This document shows positions 44,200 through 54,299 of a stretch of DNA of 64,000 nucleotides, piece after piece. The first letter of the stretch is position 1. Every line of letters starts with the position of its first letter. Made by a program: the position numbers and the translations under genes. This stretch comes from Roseburia sp. (GTDB lineage Bacteria > Bacillota > Clostridia > Lachnospirales > Lachnospiraceae): NCBI GenBank assembly GCA_023664685.1, contig JAMPFC010000004.1:1233-65232 (forward strand). The letters run 5' to 3'. The notes below the pieces were generated by a model, which saw only the letters and a list, made by a program, of their open reading frames with translations, did not search any database and had not been told where the DNA came from.

Positions 44200-45072
44200 C
44201 TAATTATTCAGTAATGCAACGATTTTTTCCAAATCCTCCGGCGTGTAATATTCAATCTCGATTTTCCCTGCCTTTTCTGATTTTCGGTTTATCGTCACTT
44301 TTGTACCCGTGATCATTTTCAACTTCTCTTCCAGATCCCTGTATACAAAATCATTTTTTAACTCCTCTTTTTTCTTCTTCGGAGTCTTCTCTTTCCCGAG
44401 AGATTTAATAAGCTTCTCCGTTTCCCTTACACTCAGCTTTTCATCAAAAATCTTCATAGCCATGTTGTACTGGACTTCATTATCTTTTATCGCAAGAAGC
44501 GCTCTGGCATGTCCACTGGAAATATGCTCTTCTACCAACATACTCTGCACGCGTTCATCCAGTTTCAAAAGACGGATTGCATTCGTGATCGCTGTCCGGC
44601 TCTTCGATACCCGGTCTGCCACTTCATCCTGTTTGAGATTGTACTCCTTGATAAGTCTCTGGTACGCCATCGCTTCTTCGACCGGATTCAAATCCTCCCG
44701 CTGGATATTTTCGATCAATGCAATTTCCATGATCTCCTGTGGGGAATAATCTTTTACGACAACCGGCACCTTTTTCAAACCGGCAAGCTTTGCCGCCCGC
44801 CATCTTCTCTCGCCGGCTATAATTTCAAAATAATCATCTTTCTTTGTAACAACGATTGGCTGTACAATTCCATGCTGTTTGATCGACTCTGACAACTCGA
44901 TCAGTGAATCCTCATTAAAAGTCTTTCTCGGCTGTTCTTTATTCGGTTCGATTTTATTGATATCCATTAACTCTTCCGACCTAATGAGCTTTTCTGCTTT
45001 TACTGCTGTGGCATTCTTATTGGGAATAAGAGTATCCAATCCTTTCCCAAGCCCTGTCTTTTTCACTGCCAT
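44200..45072 (-). CDS. parB: Chromosome partitioning protein ParB/Spo0J
   Basis: I start it at MAVKKTGLGKGLDTLIP, 4 nt after the parA stop. ParB box GERRWRAAKLAGL and HTH LKQDEVADRVSKSRTAITNAIRLL. The longer ORF-track start (45198) would overlap parA. Confidence 0.9.
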   Translation of the reverse strand: MAVKKTGLGKGLDTLIPNKNATAVKAEKLIRSEELMDINKIEPNKEQPRKTFNEDSLIELSESIKQHGIVQPIVVTKKDDYFEIIAGERRWRAAKLAGLKKVPVVVKDYSPQEIMEIALIENIQREDLNPVEEAMAYQRLIKEYNLKQDEVADRVSKSRTAITNAIRLLKLDERVQSMLVEEHISSGHARALLAIKDNEVQYNMAMKIFDEKLSVRETEKLIKSLGKEKTPKKKKEELKNDFVYRDLEEKLKMITGTKVTINRKSEKAGKIEIEYYTPEDLEKIVALLNN

Positions 45073-45076
45073 TTTC

Positions 45077-45850
45077 CTATTCATCTCCTCTTTCAATAAT
45101 TTCTTCTGCGAGCGCCCGGTATGCTTTTGCTCCTGTTGATTTGCTGTCATAAATGCTGATTGGCAGACCATAACTCGGAGCCTCCGCCAGACGGACACTT
45201 CTCGGTATTATCGTATTATAAATTTTCTGGTTCAGATTTTCCCTGACATTCTCGATCACTTGAAGAGATAAATTTGTTCTCCCATCATACATCGTAAAGA
45301 CAACTCCATCAATTTCAAGACGCGGATTCAATCGGTCTTTTACGAGATTTATCGTATAGATCAACTGGCTGAGTCCCTCCAAAGCATAATACTCACATTG
45401 GATCGGCACAAGAACAGAATCTGCTGTTGTCATCGAATTGATTGTAAGACTGTTTAGTGACGGAGGGCAGTCAATCAGAATATAATCATAATTATCTTTT
45501 ACCTTGTCAATTTCCTTTGACAAAATATAATTGCGATCCTCCATATCAAGAGTTTCAATCTCCACACCCGCAAGATTTACATTTGCAGGAAGGATATCCA
45601 GATTTTCCAAAACATTTTTCTGCACACATTCATCAAATGTATTATTTCCAATCATCAACTGATAAATCGTAATATCAAGCGCATCCTTATTTACCCCAAG
45701 TCCACTCGATGCATTTCCCTGTGGATCAAGATCAATCATAAGAACTTTCTTTTGTTTCTCGGCAAGAGCGGCTGCAAGATTTATCGTTGTTGTCGTTTTT
45801 CCAACACCACCCTTTTGGTTTGCTATTGCAATAATTTTATTACTACTCAT
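45077..45850 (-). CDS. parA: Chromosome partitioning ATPase ParA/Soj
   Basis: I start it at MSSNKIIAIANQKGGVGKTTT (deviant Walker A) with GGAG 7 nt upstream; the ORF track starts at 45949. Confidence 0.9.
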   Translation of the reverse strand: MSSNKIIAIANQKGGVGKTTTTINLAAALAEKQKKVLMIDLDPQGNASSGLGVNKDALDITIYQLMIGNNTFDECVQKNVLENLDILPANVNLAGVEIETLDMEDRNYILSKEIDKVKDNYDYILIDCPPSLNSLTINSMTTADSVLVPIQCEYYALEGLSQLIYTINLVKDRLNPRLEIDGVVFTMYDGRTNLSLQVIENVRENLNQKIYNTIIPRSVRLAEAPSYGLPISIYDSKSTGAKAYRALAEEIIERGDE

Positions 45851-45949
45851 TCTTTTCTCCATTCTTACACGGTTTTTGTGTACGATTCTTACACGGTTTT
45901 GTTTTCTCGCACGTGTTATTATTATAACACCAATCCCTTCATTTTTCAA

Positions 45950-45965
45950 TGTTTCACGTGAAACA
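45950..45965. promoter_or_regulatory. parS centromere-like site (perfect palindrome TGTTTCACGTGAAACA)
   Basis: Exact match to the Firmicute parS consensus TGTTNCACGTGAAACA. It abuts the rsmG stop codon and lies 100 nt upstream of the parA start. Confidence 0.85.
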
Positions 45966-46667
45966 TTATAAAGGATTTTTTTTCGGTTTTCCCGCTTTTC
46001 TCGGATATTTTTCCGGAGTAAAATTGCTTTTATTGATTTTCAAAATATAGCGTTCATAATCATCTTCACTAACAAGATGTAGTGTTTCTTCGAGATTGCA
46101 ATTCAAAACAGAAAATGCATTTGCTGCTTCCTCAATCTCTTGGACAATCTTCTTACTCTTATATAAAAATAAATTTCCTCTTACTTTTATAAAAGGAGAA
46201 CAATATTCCAACAACAATGGCAATGCAGCGACAGCTCTTGAGACACATACGTCAAATTGTTCCCGATATTCTTTGTCTCTTCCCAAATCCTCTGCTCGAC
46301 CGTGAATCAACGTTACATTTGATAATTCAAGCAGTTTCGTTACGGATTTCAAAAACTCAATTCTTTTATTCAACGAATCAACTAAAACAAAAGAAGTCTT
46401 TGGCAGCATGACCGCCAGAGGGATTCCCGGAAAACCCGCTCCGGTTCCAAGATCAAGAACATGCTTACCCTCAAAATAAGAAAATGGAACTTCCTTTAAG
46501 ATAAGGCAGCTATCCAGAAAATGCTTTTTCATTACATCCTCATATTCTGTGATCGTAGTTAAATTCATTTTCTGGTTTTCCTGAATCAATAATTTATAAT
46601 AACTTATAAACTTATCTTCCTGACTTTGATTTAATTCGATTCCATATTTTTTAAATAATTCCTGCAT
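45966..46667 (-). CDS. rsmG: 16S rRNA (guanine527-N7)-methyltransferase
   Basis: I start it at MQELFKKYGI behind AAGGTGGA. Motifs: LDLGTGAGFPGIPLA and VSRAVA. The ORF-track extension to 46769 would read through the parS site. Confidence 0.9.
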   Translation of the reverse strand: MQELFKKYGIELNQSQEDKFISYYKLLIQENQKMNLTTITEYEDVMKKHFLDSCLILKEVPFSYFEGKHVLDLGTGAGFPGIPLAVMLPKTSFVLVDSLNKRIEFLKSVTKLLELSNVTLIHGRAEDLGRDKEYREQFDVCVSRAVAALPLLLEYCSPFIKVRGNLFLYKSKKIVQEIEEAANAFSVLNCNLEETLHLVSEDDYERYILKINKSNFTPEKYPRKAGKPKKNPL

Positions 46668-46694
46668 TTTAAAATCCACCTTGATCATCAACAA

Positions 46695-46710
46695 TGTTTC
46701 ACGTGAAACA
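46695..46710. promoter_or_regulatory. parS centromere-like site (second perfect copy TGTTTCACGTGAAACA)
   Basis: Identical 16-mer, 6 nt after the mnmG stop and 27 nt upstream of the rsmG start. Confidence 0.85.
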
Positions 46711-46716
46711 TTGACT

Positions 46717-48636
46717 TTAATAAAATTTAATTTTCTCCCGATCCGCATTAAAATTTTCAAGATACACAAGCAATACCGAAATATCTGCCGGTGACACTCC
46801 CGATATTCTGGCAGCCTGTCCCACAGACTCCGGTCTTATATCTGACAGTTTTTGAACAGCTTCTTTGCGCAGACTATTGATCAATGTATAATCAATCTCT
46901 TCTGGAATCTTTTTTCTTTCCAACTTTTTAAATTGTTTGACCTGTTTTAATTGTCTGGTGATATACCCCTCATATTTGATATTTATATTGACCTGTTCGC
47001 AAACATCTTCCGGAAGTTCCGGACGATCTGCATCAATCGGAGAAATAATATCGTAATTAAGTTCCGGACGACGAATCAATTCTGCCAACGTAATTCCACT
47101 TTGCAAAGGAGTACTTCCATGTTCCTGTAAAAGCTTTTGAACTTTTTCAGTTCCGCCGACAGATGTATTTGTGATACGTTTGATTTCCTGTTCTATTAGC
47201 TGCTTCTTTTCCAATAACTTTTCATATCGTTCTTCATCAATCAAACCTACTTCATGACCAATCGGAGTAAGTCGCAGATCAGCATTATCCTGCCTGAGTA
47301 ACAAACGATACTCTGCCCTCGACGTCATCATCCGATAAGGTTCGTTCGTGCCTTTCGTTACAAGGTCATCAATCAAAACACCAATATATGCCTGTGAGCG
47401 ATCAAGGATCACCGGCTCTTTTTCCTGAAGTTTCCTCGCTGCATTGATCCCTGCCATAAGTCCCTGCGCGGCAGCCTCCTCATAACCAGAACTTCCATTT
47501 GCCTGCCCCGCACTAAAAAGTCCTTCAATCTTCTTAAATTCCAAAGAAGATTTTAACTCCAGAGAGTCAATGCAATCATATTCAATCGCATAAGCATTTC
47601 GTACAATCTTTGCATGTTCCAATCCGGGTACTGTGCGGTACATTTCATATTGGACGTCCTCCGGAAGAGAACTTGACATTCCTCCAATATAAACTTCCGA
47701 GGTATATAACCCCTCCGGCTCGATAAATACTTGATGCCTGTTTTTATCTGAAAACCTCACTACTTTATCTTCGATCGAAGGACAATATCTGGGGCCGGTT
47801 CCCTTGATCACCCCGGAGTAAAGCGGAGAACGGTCGATGTTATCCCGAATAATTTCATGTGTTTCTTCATTCGTATAAGTAAGCCAGCATTTCACCTGCT
47901 CCCTTTCGATATCTTCCGGTTTATTTGTAAAAGAAAATGGTACTAATTTTTCATCACCAAACTGAGGCTCCATCTTAGAATAATCTACTGTATTCCCATC
48001 GATTCTGGCAGGAGTCCCTGTCTTAAACCTTCTTATTTGTATTCCATTTTTTTCCAATGAATCAGATAAATAATTTGCTGCCGACAGACCATTTGGCCCG
48101 GTAGGAGTGGAAACTTCTCCGGTGATGCATCTCGATTTTAAATAAGTCCCCGTACAGAGAATACATACTTTACAATCATACAAAGCTCCTGTAAATGTCT
48201 TCACTCCTGTTATTGCATGATCTTCAATAACCAATTCCGTCACTTCTGCCTGCTTGATCGAAATCTTATCATGATTTTCCAATTTTTTCCTCATACATTT
48301 CGTGTACATGCTCTTGTCAGCCTGAGCGCGAAGAGAATGCACCGCAGGCCCTTTTGACTTATTTAGCATCTTACTCTGGATAAAAGTCGAATCAATATTC
48401 TTTCCCATCTCTCCGCCGAGAGCATCCACTTCTCTAACCAGATGTCCTTTGGAAGAACCGCCGATATTTGGATTGCAGGGCATCAGGGCAATGCTGTCTA
48501 CGCTGACTGTAAAAATAGCAGTATGAAAACCAAGCCGTGCCAAAGCAAGAGCCGCTTCACACCCAGCATGACCGGCGCCTACTACGATGGCATCATATGT
48601 TTCATGTAAATACTTTTTCAAAACAACACACCTCAC
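46717..48636 (-). CDS. mnmG: tRNA uridine 5-carboxymethylaminomethyl modification enzyme MnmG (GidA)
   Basis: [19 protein letters not shown] motif and full-length GidA similarity. The start is uncertain: GTG at 48636 overlapping the mnmE stop, or TTG at 48621 behind GAGGTG. Confidence 0.9.
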   Translation of the reverse strand: MRCVVLKKYLHETYDAIVVGAGHAGCEAALALARLGFHTAIFTVSVDSIALMPCNPNIGGSSKGHLVREVDALGGEMGKNIDSTFIQSKMLNKSKGPAVHSLRAQADKSMYTKCMRKKLENHDKISIKQAEVTELVIEDHAITGVKTFTGALYDCKVCILCTGTYLKSRCITGEVSTPTGPNGLSAANYLSDSLEKNGIQIRRFKTGTPARIDGNTVDYSKMEPQFGDEKLVPFSFTNKPEDIEREQVKCWLTYTNEETHEIIRDNIDRSPLYSGVIKGTGPRYCPSIEDKVVRFSDKNRHQVFIEPEGLYTSEVYIGGMSSSLPEDVQYEMYRTVPGLEHAKIVRNAYAIEYDCIDSLELKSSLEFKKIEGLFSAGQANGSSGYEEAAAQGLMAGINAARKLQEKEPVILDRSQAYIGVLIDDLVTKGTNEPYRMMTSRAEYRLLLRQDNADLRLTPIGHEVGLIDEERYEKLLEKKQLIEQEIKRITNTSVGGTEKVQKLLQEHGSTPLQSGITLAELIRRPELNYDIISPIDADRPELPEDVCEQVNINIKYEGYITRQLKQVKQFKKLERKKIPEEIDYTLINSLRKEAVQKLSDIRPESVGQAARISGVSPADISVLLVYLENFNADREKIKFY

Positions 48637-50009
48637 TTACCCATACAAAACTTCCGGAATATCGTATCAATCAGATCATCGTCAACACTTTCGCCAATTA
48701 TTTTCCCAAGACTCTCATATGCGTTCATCAGATCAATCGTATAAAAATCTTCACCCAGATTCATCCGTATGCTTTCCATCACATGCTCCAGACTATCGAC
48801 ACTCTCTGCGACAGCCTGCTTTTGTCTTTCATTTGAAAGATAGATTTCATCATTAAATGATATTTTTTCAAGATAAAACTGCTTCTTAATATACTCTTCC
48901 AACTGCTCTGATCCGTCATTGGTTTTTGCAGAAAAAGAAATGATTTTCTTATCCGTATATTTTCGGATTTCAGATTCATCAACAACTAATTCAAGATCAT
49001 TTTTATTTAATAAAATTACCGCATTCTTATCTGAAATTTCTTTCATCAAAAAAATATCATCATCCGTAAGTTTCTCACTACCATCAATAATAAGAATACA
49101 AAAATCTGCCAGATCAATATTTTCCTTTGCTTTCTCGATTCCTATTTTCTCTACTTTATCTTCGGTATCATGAATGCCCGCTGTATCGATCAGATGTAAG
49201 AAAAGATCTCCTAACCGCACATCTTCTTCCAGAGTATCTCTCGTCGTACCGGGAACATCTGTCACGATCGCCCGTTCCATTCCAAGTATCGAATTTAAAA
49301 AAGAAGACTTTCCCACATTTGGCCGCCCGATAATGACTGTCTGCACTCCCTCTCGGATCATCCTTCCATTATCATAATTATCACAGATTTTTTTCAATTC
49401 AGATAAAGAGTCTTTGATCTTTGTTTCAAAATCTTCTGAAAAATCCTCCAAAGAAATATGTTCCGGATCGTCTAAAGCTGCTTCAATATAAGCCACATCA
49501 TTTAAAATATCACTCCGAATATGAACGATTTTTTCTTTGATCGTTCCTTTTAACTGATTTACAGAATTTTCCATTGCATATCTGCTCTTCGACTCGATAA
49601 GATCCATCACAGCTTCCGCCTGCGAAAGATCGATTCGCCCATTTAAAAATGCACGTTTTGTAAATTCCCCGGGTTCTGCGATACGCACTCCATGCGATAA
49701 GATCAACTCCAATATTTCATGGCAGAGAAACGTTCCTCCGTGGCATTGGATTTCCACTACATCTTCTTTTGTATAACTGTTCGGAGCTTTCATGAGAAGA
49801 ACGATAACTTCATCTATGATCTCTGATTTTTCATTTACCACAAAACCGTAATTTACCGTATGACTTTTACAGTCCGCTAATGTCTTATTTTTAAATTGCA
49901 AAATCTGATCAGCACACGGAACTGCATCCTCACCGCTGATCCTCAATATACTTACTCCGCTATTTACAGAAGCAGTGACGACCGCCGCAATCGTATCATC
50001 ATAAAACAT
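48633..50009 (-). CDS. mnmE: tRNA modification GTPase MnmE (TrmE)
   Basis: G-domain motifs [13 protein letters not shown] and NKND, plus the C-terminal FCMGK. Confidence 0.9.
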   Translation of the reverse strand: MFYDDTIAAVVTASVNSGVSILRISGEDAVPCADQILQFKNKTLADCKSHTVNYGFVVNEKSEIIDEVIVLLMKAPNSYTKEDVVEIQCHGGTFLCHEILELILSHGVRIAEPGEFTKRAFLNGRIDLSQAEAVMDLIESKSRYAMENSVNQLKGTIKEKIVHIRSDILNDVAYIEAALDDPEHISLEDFSEDFETKIKDSLSELKKICDNYDNGRMIREGVQTVIIGRPNVGKSSFLNSILGMERAIVTDVPGTTRDTLEEDVRLGDLFLHLIDTAGIHDTEDKVEKIGIEKAKENIDLADFCILIIDGSEKLTDDDIFLMKEISDKNAVILLNKNDLELVVDESEIRKYTDKKIISFSAKTNDGSEQLEEYIKKQFYLEKISFNDEIYLSNERQKQAVAESVDSLEHVMESIRMNLGEDFYTIDLMNAYESLGKIIGESVDDDLIDTIFRKFCMGK

Positions 50010-50055
50010 AAAATCACCTGAACCATTTCTTATCTTGGATATCTTCGCAAGAGTG

Positions 50056-50107
50056 AAAATCGGGCATCCCTGACCGGATCATAAATCACGACTTCTGGGA
50101 TACCCGA
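50056..50107 (-). terminator. Terminator-like stem-loop between jag and mnmE
   Basis: On the minus strand an 11-bp stem TCGGGTATCCC/GGGATGCCCGA (one G-U pair) with a 26-nt loop is followed by TTTT. The large loop makes the terminator call tentative. Confidence 0.35.
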
Positions 50108-50142
50108 CTGAGTTCTTTTCTTAGCATGGTAACGCCATCATG

Positions 50143-50916
50143 CTAGTCTTCTTTTTCAACTACAGACTTTTCATTATTATTTCTTCTGTTGTTTCTGTCA
50201 TAGGGTCTGCGTCTGTTATTGCCTCCGCGTCCATTATAATTATTTCTTCTGCGATAATTATTATTTCTTCGTGGCGGCATGCTCGCATATTCTTTTGAAA
50301 TATTTACAACAACCTTACGGAATGGCTCTTCCCCTTCACTATAAGTTTCAATGTACTTATCATTTTGAAGAGCTGCATGGATGATCCTTCTCTCATAAGG
50401 ATTCATCGGCTCAAGATATGCCGGTTTCCGTGTTTTCTTAACTTTGCTTGCAATATTCTTTGCAAGATTTTCAATCGTCTCCTTCCGGCGCTGACGATAA
50501 TTTTCTGTATCAATTTTAATCTTTACATATTTTTCTCTGTTTTTATTTGCTACCAGAGACGTCAGATATTGGATCGAATCCAGAGTTTGTCCCCTTTTTC
50601 CGATCAGGACACCCATCTCAGGGCCTTTTAATTCAATATCAATGTAACTGTTTTCTTCATCATAATCAATCACTGTCTCTACTTCAAGATTCATATTCTC
50701 GAATAAAGTAGAAAGGAAATTTTTAACGACGTCATCGACGCTTTCCTTCTTGCAGACCCGAATCCTCGCCGGTTTGCTAAATAAACCAAGTATACCATTA
50801 CTTTCTTTTTCGATCACTTCGTATTCAATCTGATCACTCGTCGTTTCAAGTTTAATTAAAGCTTCTGTTAAAGCTTCATCTACAGTCTTTGCAGTAAACT
50901 CAAGCCAATTTGACAT
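50143..50916 (-). CDS. jag: Jag/KhpB RNA-binding protein (Jag_N, KH, R3H domains)
   Basis: MSNWLEFTAKTVDEALTEAL (Jag_N), GKRGQTLDSIQYL (KH GxxG), PMNPYERRIIHAAL (R3H), and an Arg/Asn-rich tail. Confidence 0.85.
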   Translation of the reverse strand: MSNWLEFTAKTVDEALTEALIKLETTSDQIEYEVIEKESNGILGLFSKPARIRVCKKESVDDVVKNFLSTLFENMNLEVETVIDYDEENSYIDIELKGPEMGVLIGKRGQTLDSIQYLTSLVANKNREKYVKIKIDTENYRQRRKETIENLAKNIASKVKKTRKPAYLEPMNPYERRIIHAALQNDKYIETYSEGEEPFRKVVVNISKEYASMPPRRNNNYRRRNNYNGRGGNNRRRPYDRNNRRNNNEKSVVEKED

Positions 50917-50957
50917 ATCAATTCCTCCAATCCGTCAAAACGCTGTTCTCTTCTTCA

Positions 50958-51923
50958 TTACTTATCCTTCCGGTTTCCCGACAACATATGAGCATATCCC
51001 GAAATGCTCCCCGGTTTAATATCCTTATTTACTTTCAAATCATTTCCCTTTTCAGAGGCATTCGAGGACGCTTTGTTATTATAACTCGTCGCAGTCTTTA
51101 TGGAACTTGTCCTCTGTTTAGAATACATTTCCATCTGCCGGTTCATCTCTTCGCGTTTCTTATTTTTCTTTTCTGCCTTCTCTTTATTTTTTTCGATCAA
51201 ATCCTCCATAGAAATCTTATCCACATGGCGGTTGATGAAATATGCCTGTACGATACGGAAGATCGAACCTGTGATCCAGTAAAGACCAACACCGATATTC
51301 AGTGAAAGACAAAAGATACCAGACATGACAGGCATAAAATAATTCATCATTTTCATGCTTGCTGCCATCGAATCTTGTTGTTGATTCTTATTATCTGTCT
51401 TTACCTGAAGCATCTTCGTATTGATAAACTGAAAAACAACAGCCAGAATCGGAATCAAGTAAGCAAATTTTGTCTGTTGTGCATACTGGCTGGGCGTCTG
51501 TGAAACATCAAGACCTAAAAAGTTGGTAGCTCCCTCCAAAGATGGAACATACGTTGTAATCTTTCCGATGATTCCATACAAAGCAAACAAAATCGGCATA
51601 CTGATGATGAGAGGCAGACAGCCGCCAAAAGGACTGATTCCATATTTTGTATATACAGCTTGTGTCTCTGCATTCATCTTCATAACAGAATCATTGTCTT
51701 TTTTATCCTTATACTTATCGCGGATCGCTTGAAGCTCGGGATTCAACTTATTCATAAGACGGGATGATTTCTGCTGTTTTGCATTTAACGGAATCATGAT
51801 CGCATATACAATGATCGTAAAGAGTATAATACATAAACCAATGTTATGAATACCAAATACATTGAATACAAACCAGTCAATGCCGGTTAAGATCCCTCCT
51901 AATAGTTTATAAATAACACTCAA
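50958..51923 (-). CDS. yidC: Membrane protein insertase YidC/SpoIIIJ (Oxa1 family)
   Basis: Polytopic protein with MNKLNPELQAIRDKYKD..., GGCLPLIISMPILFALY and a basic C-terminal tail. It sits in the conserved position rnpA-yidD-yidC-jag. Confidence 0.9.
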   Translation of the reverse strand: MSVIYKLLGGILTGIDWFVFNVFGIHNIGLCIILFTIIVYAIMIPLNAKQQKSSRLMNKLNPELQAIRDKYKDKKDNDSVMKMNAETQAVYTKYGISPFGGCLPLIISMPILFALYGIIGKITTYVPSLEGATNFLGLDVSQTPSQYAQQTKFAYLIPILAVVFQFINTKMLQVKTDNKNQQQDSMAASMKMMNYFMPVMSGIFCLSLNIGVGLYWITGSIFRIVQAYFINRHVDKISMEDLIEKNKEKAEKKNKKREEMNRQMEMYSKQRTSSIKTATSYNNKASSNASEKGNDLKVNKDIKPGSISGYAHMLSGNRKDK

Positions 51924-51986
51924 TTCTATTTACCTCCACATTTTTACATCCATTTAGTTGTTACCGGATAAAAGAATAGGAAACCA

Positions 51987-52199
51987 TCAAGGTACCGGAT
52001 CATAACCACCCTTGTGAAACGGATGACATCTTAAAATTCTTTTCACAGCCAAAAAACCACCTTTCGCTGCACCATATTTTGTAATTGCTTGAACAGCATA
52101 TTCCGAACAACATGGCGTATAAATGCAGGTTGGTGTTCTTTTCAACGGCGAAACAAATTTTTGATATATTTTCAGTAAAAACAAAAAAATTTTTTTCAT
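51987..52199 (-). CDS. yidD: Membrane protein insertion efficiency factor YidD
   Basis: 70 aa. YQKFVSP......C.Y.P.CSEYA..AI.KYG...G..L...RILRCHPF..GGYDPVP. Confidence 0.9.
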   Translation of the reverse strand: MKKIFLFLLKIYQKFVSPLKRTPTCIYTPCCSEYAVQAITKYGAAKGGFLAVKRILRCHPFHKGGYDPVP

Positions 52200-52540
52200 T
52201 TTAATATTCCATGCAATTTACACAAGTGGCACACAGCACTGTCAATTTCGTCAAAACTTTTATCTTTTGCCCTGTTTCTGGCAATTATGACTATATTATA
52301 ACTCTTACTCAAATGTGCATCATTTTTGCGAACTGATTCCCTCAATAGTCTGGTGACTCTATGACGCACAACACTATTACCAACTTTCTTACTCACAGAA
52401 AATCCATAACGATTGGAACCGCTTTCCCGCTCTAAGATTACCATCACCAGATACTTATTTGCCTTTGACTTACCAAATTTGTAAACTTTTTGAAACTCTG
52501 AATTTTTTCCTAATCTTTCAAACACTGTTCCAGTCCTCAT
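52196..52540 (-). CDS. rnpA: Ribonuclease P protein component
   Basis: Basic protein in the conserved position after rpmH, with KNSEFQKVYKFGKS and VGNSVVRHRVTRLLRE (RNR-like motif). I chose the internal Met for the start; the ORF track starts at 52561. Confidence 0.85.
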   Translation of the reverse strand: MRTGTVFERLGKNSEFQKVYKFGKSKANKYLVMVILERESGSNRYGFSVSKKVGNSVVRHRVTRLLRESVRKNDAHLSKSYNIVIIARNRAKDKSFDEIDSAVCHLCKLHGILK

Positions 52541-52590
52541 AAAGAGAAGAAAAAGCCACACATTTTATGTGACTTTGCACAATACTGCCC

Positions 52591-52725
52591 CTAAGCAGAT
52601 AATTTCTTTCTTCCTTTTGCCCTTCTTCTGGCAAGAACCTTTCTTCCATTTGAAGTTCTCATTCTTTTACGAAAACCATGCACTCTAGCTCTGGATTTCT
52701 TTTTCGGCTGAAATGTCATTTTCAT
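52591..52725 (-). CDS. rpmH: 50S ribosomal protein L34
   Basis: Not in the ORF track (44 aa). The reverse strand encodes [44 protein letters not shown] behind AGGAGGTG. Confidence 0.95.
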   Translation of the reverse strand: MKMTFQPKKKSRARVHGFRKRMRTSNGRKVLARRRAKGRKKLSA

Positions 52726-52858
52726 ATCGCTGCACCTCCTTCATCTCTTATACAAATTTGAAAACAATTTAAAATCCGTATCAAGCCTAATTATAGTATT
52801 GAATTGCCGATTAGTCAAGCAAATATTCCAAGAAAATTATAAATTTGCAAATAGCCCA

Positions 52859-52887
52859 TTGAAAAAACATTCGTTTTGAGGTAAAAT
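52859..52887 (+). promoter_or_regulatory. Putative sigma-A promoter of dnaA
   Basis: TTGAAA (52859..52864), a 17-nt spacer, then TAAAAT (52882..52887). It lies 56 nt upstream of the dnaA ATG. Confidence 0.4.
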
Positions 52888-52943
52888 GTAAATGTATGTT
52901 TATACCCTTATTTCAATTTTTTATTAGTTAGGTAGGTTTTTTT

Positions 52944-54299
52944 ATGGAAAACGAGATAAAAGCCAAATGGAACAATATTATCGCTTATCTGAAAGAAGAA
53001 AGCGCCATCACCGGCCCTGCGATCCGGACTTTTATTGAGCCATTGAAGATTTCTTCCTTTAAAGATGGTGTTGTTACATTTCAAATCGATAAAGAAACCC
53101 AAGGGGATTGTATCGACATACTCAAATCAAAATACAATGTCCACATCAAAGTGGCCATTGAAGTAATCACCGGACAAGAGGTTGAAATTGATTATATCTA
53201 CAAAACAGAATCAGTTTCTTCCTATATAAAAGAGGAAGATCTGACAGATAAATATCCTTACCTGAAATCAGGGCATTCCTTTGATACATTTGTCATCAGC
53301 CGAAGCAACTCTATGGCACATGCTGCTGCTGTTGCTGTCGCTGACGCCCCTACTTCGCAGATTTACAATCCACTTTTTTTATATAGCGACTCAGGACTTG
53401 GCAAAACTCATTTGATGCATTCCATCGCGAGGCATATCATCGAAAACCATCCTGAACTTAACGTACTCTATACAACCAGTGAGGATTTTACAAATCAGGT
53501 GATCGAAGCGATCCGTACCAATAAGAAAAAGGGCGATACCGCAGCTACGACGAATCTTCGGAAAAAATATCGGAATGTCGATGTACTTTTGATCGATGAT
53601 ATCCAGTTCATCATTGGAAAAGAGTCCACTCAGATTGAATTTTTTAACACATTCGAGGCACTTTTTCAGACAAACAAACAAATTGTCATTTCCAGTGATA
53701 AACCTCCGCGTGACATGGATCAGCTCGACGAAAGATATCGTTCCCGTTTTAATTCAGGACTTCCCGTCGACATCCAGCCGCCGGATTATGAAACAAGCAT
53801 GGCGATCCTGAAAAATTATCAGGAAAATGAATCCATCAAACTGGAGGACAAAATCCTCAGTTACATCGCGACAAATATAAAATCAAACATAAGGGATCTG
53901 GAAGGAGCATACAAAAAAGTCATTTTCCTTTCAAAGCTGACACATCAGGAAATCACCCTTGCCCTTGCCGAAGATGCTTTAAAAGATATCATTAAGCCAA
54001 ATGACTCAAAAGAGATCACGGTAGACTATATAAATAAGATCGTCACTGATCATTATAACCTTGCGGAAGACGCCATCATCTCAAAGAGAAAACAAAAGAG
54101 CATCGCATTTCCAAGACAGGTATGCATGTATTTATGCAAAGAACTAACAGGGTTATCCACAACAGATATCGGTGAAAAGCTTGGAAACAGGGATCATTCC
54201 ACAGTTATCCACGGATGCGCAAAAATTGAGGAAATGCTCAAAGTTGATAACAGCCTTCAACATACCATTGATGTGCTGATGAAAAAAATCAATCCTTAA
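52944..54299 (+). CDS. dnaA: Chromosomal replication initiator protein DnaA
   Basis: Walker A GLGKTHL, box VII/sensor regions, and C-terminal DNA-binding domain ...LGNRDHSTVIHG. A perfect DnaA box TTATCCACA lies inside the coding sequence at 54153..54161, and TTATCCACG lies at 54205..54213. Confidence 0.95.
   Translation: MENEIKAKWNNIIAYLKEESAITGPAIRTFIEPLKISSFKDGVVTFQIDKETQGDCIDILKSKYNVHIKVAIEVITGQEVEIDYIYKTESVSSYIKEEDLTDKYPYLKSGHSFDTFVISRSNSMAHAAAVAVADAPTSQIYNPLFLYSDSGLGKTHLMHSIARHIIENHPELNVLYTTSEDFTNQVIEAIRTNKKKGDTAATTNLRKKYRNVDVLLIDDIQFIIGKESTQIEFFNTFEALFQTNKQIVISSDKPPRDMDQLDERYRSRFNSGLPVDIQPPDYETSMAILKNYQENESIKLEDKILSYIATNIKSNIRDLEGAYKKVIFLSKLTHQEITLALAEDALKDIIKPNDSKEITVDYINKIVTDHYNLAEDAIISKRKQKSIAFPRQVCMYLCKELTGLSTTDIGEKLGNRDHSTVIHGCAKIEEMLKVDNSLQHTIDVLMKKINP

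Noticed and set aside
44200-46769. The long N-terminal extensions in the ORF track for parB (to 45198), parA (to 45949) and rsmG (to 46769)
   Set aside because: The extensions overlap the upstream genes or read through the parS palindromes, and they lack an RBS. Internal ATGs with good RBS give the canonical N-termini: MAVKKTGLGKGL, MSSNKIIAIANQKGGVGKTT and MQELFKKYG.
52736-52943. Expected cluster of DnaA boxes upstream of dnaA
   Set aside because: I read both strands and found no 9-mer within one mismatch of TTATCCACA. I report only a sigma-A-like promoter there.
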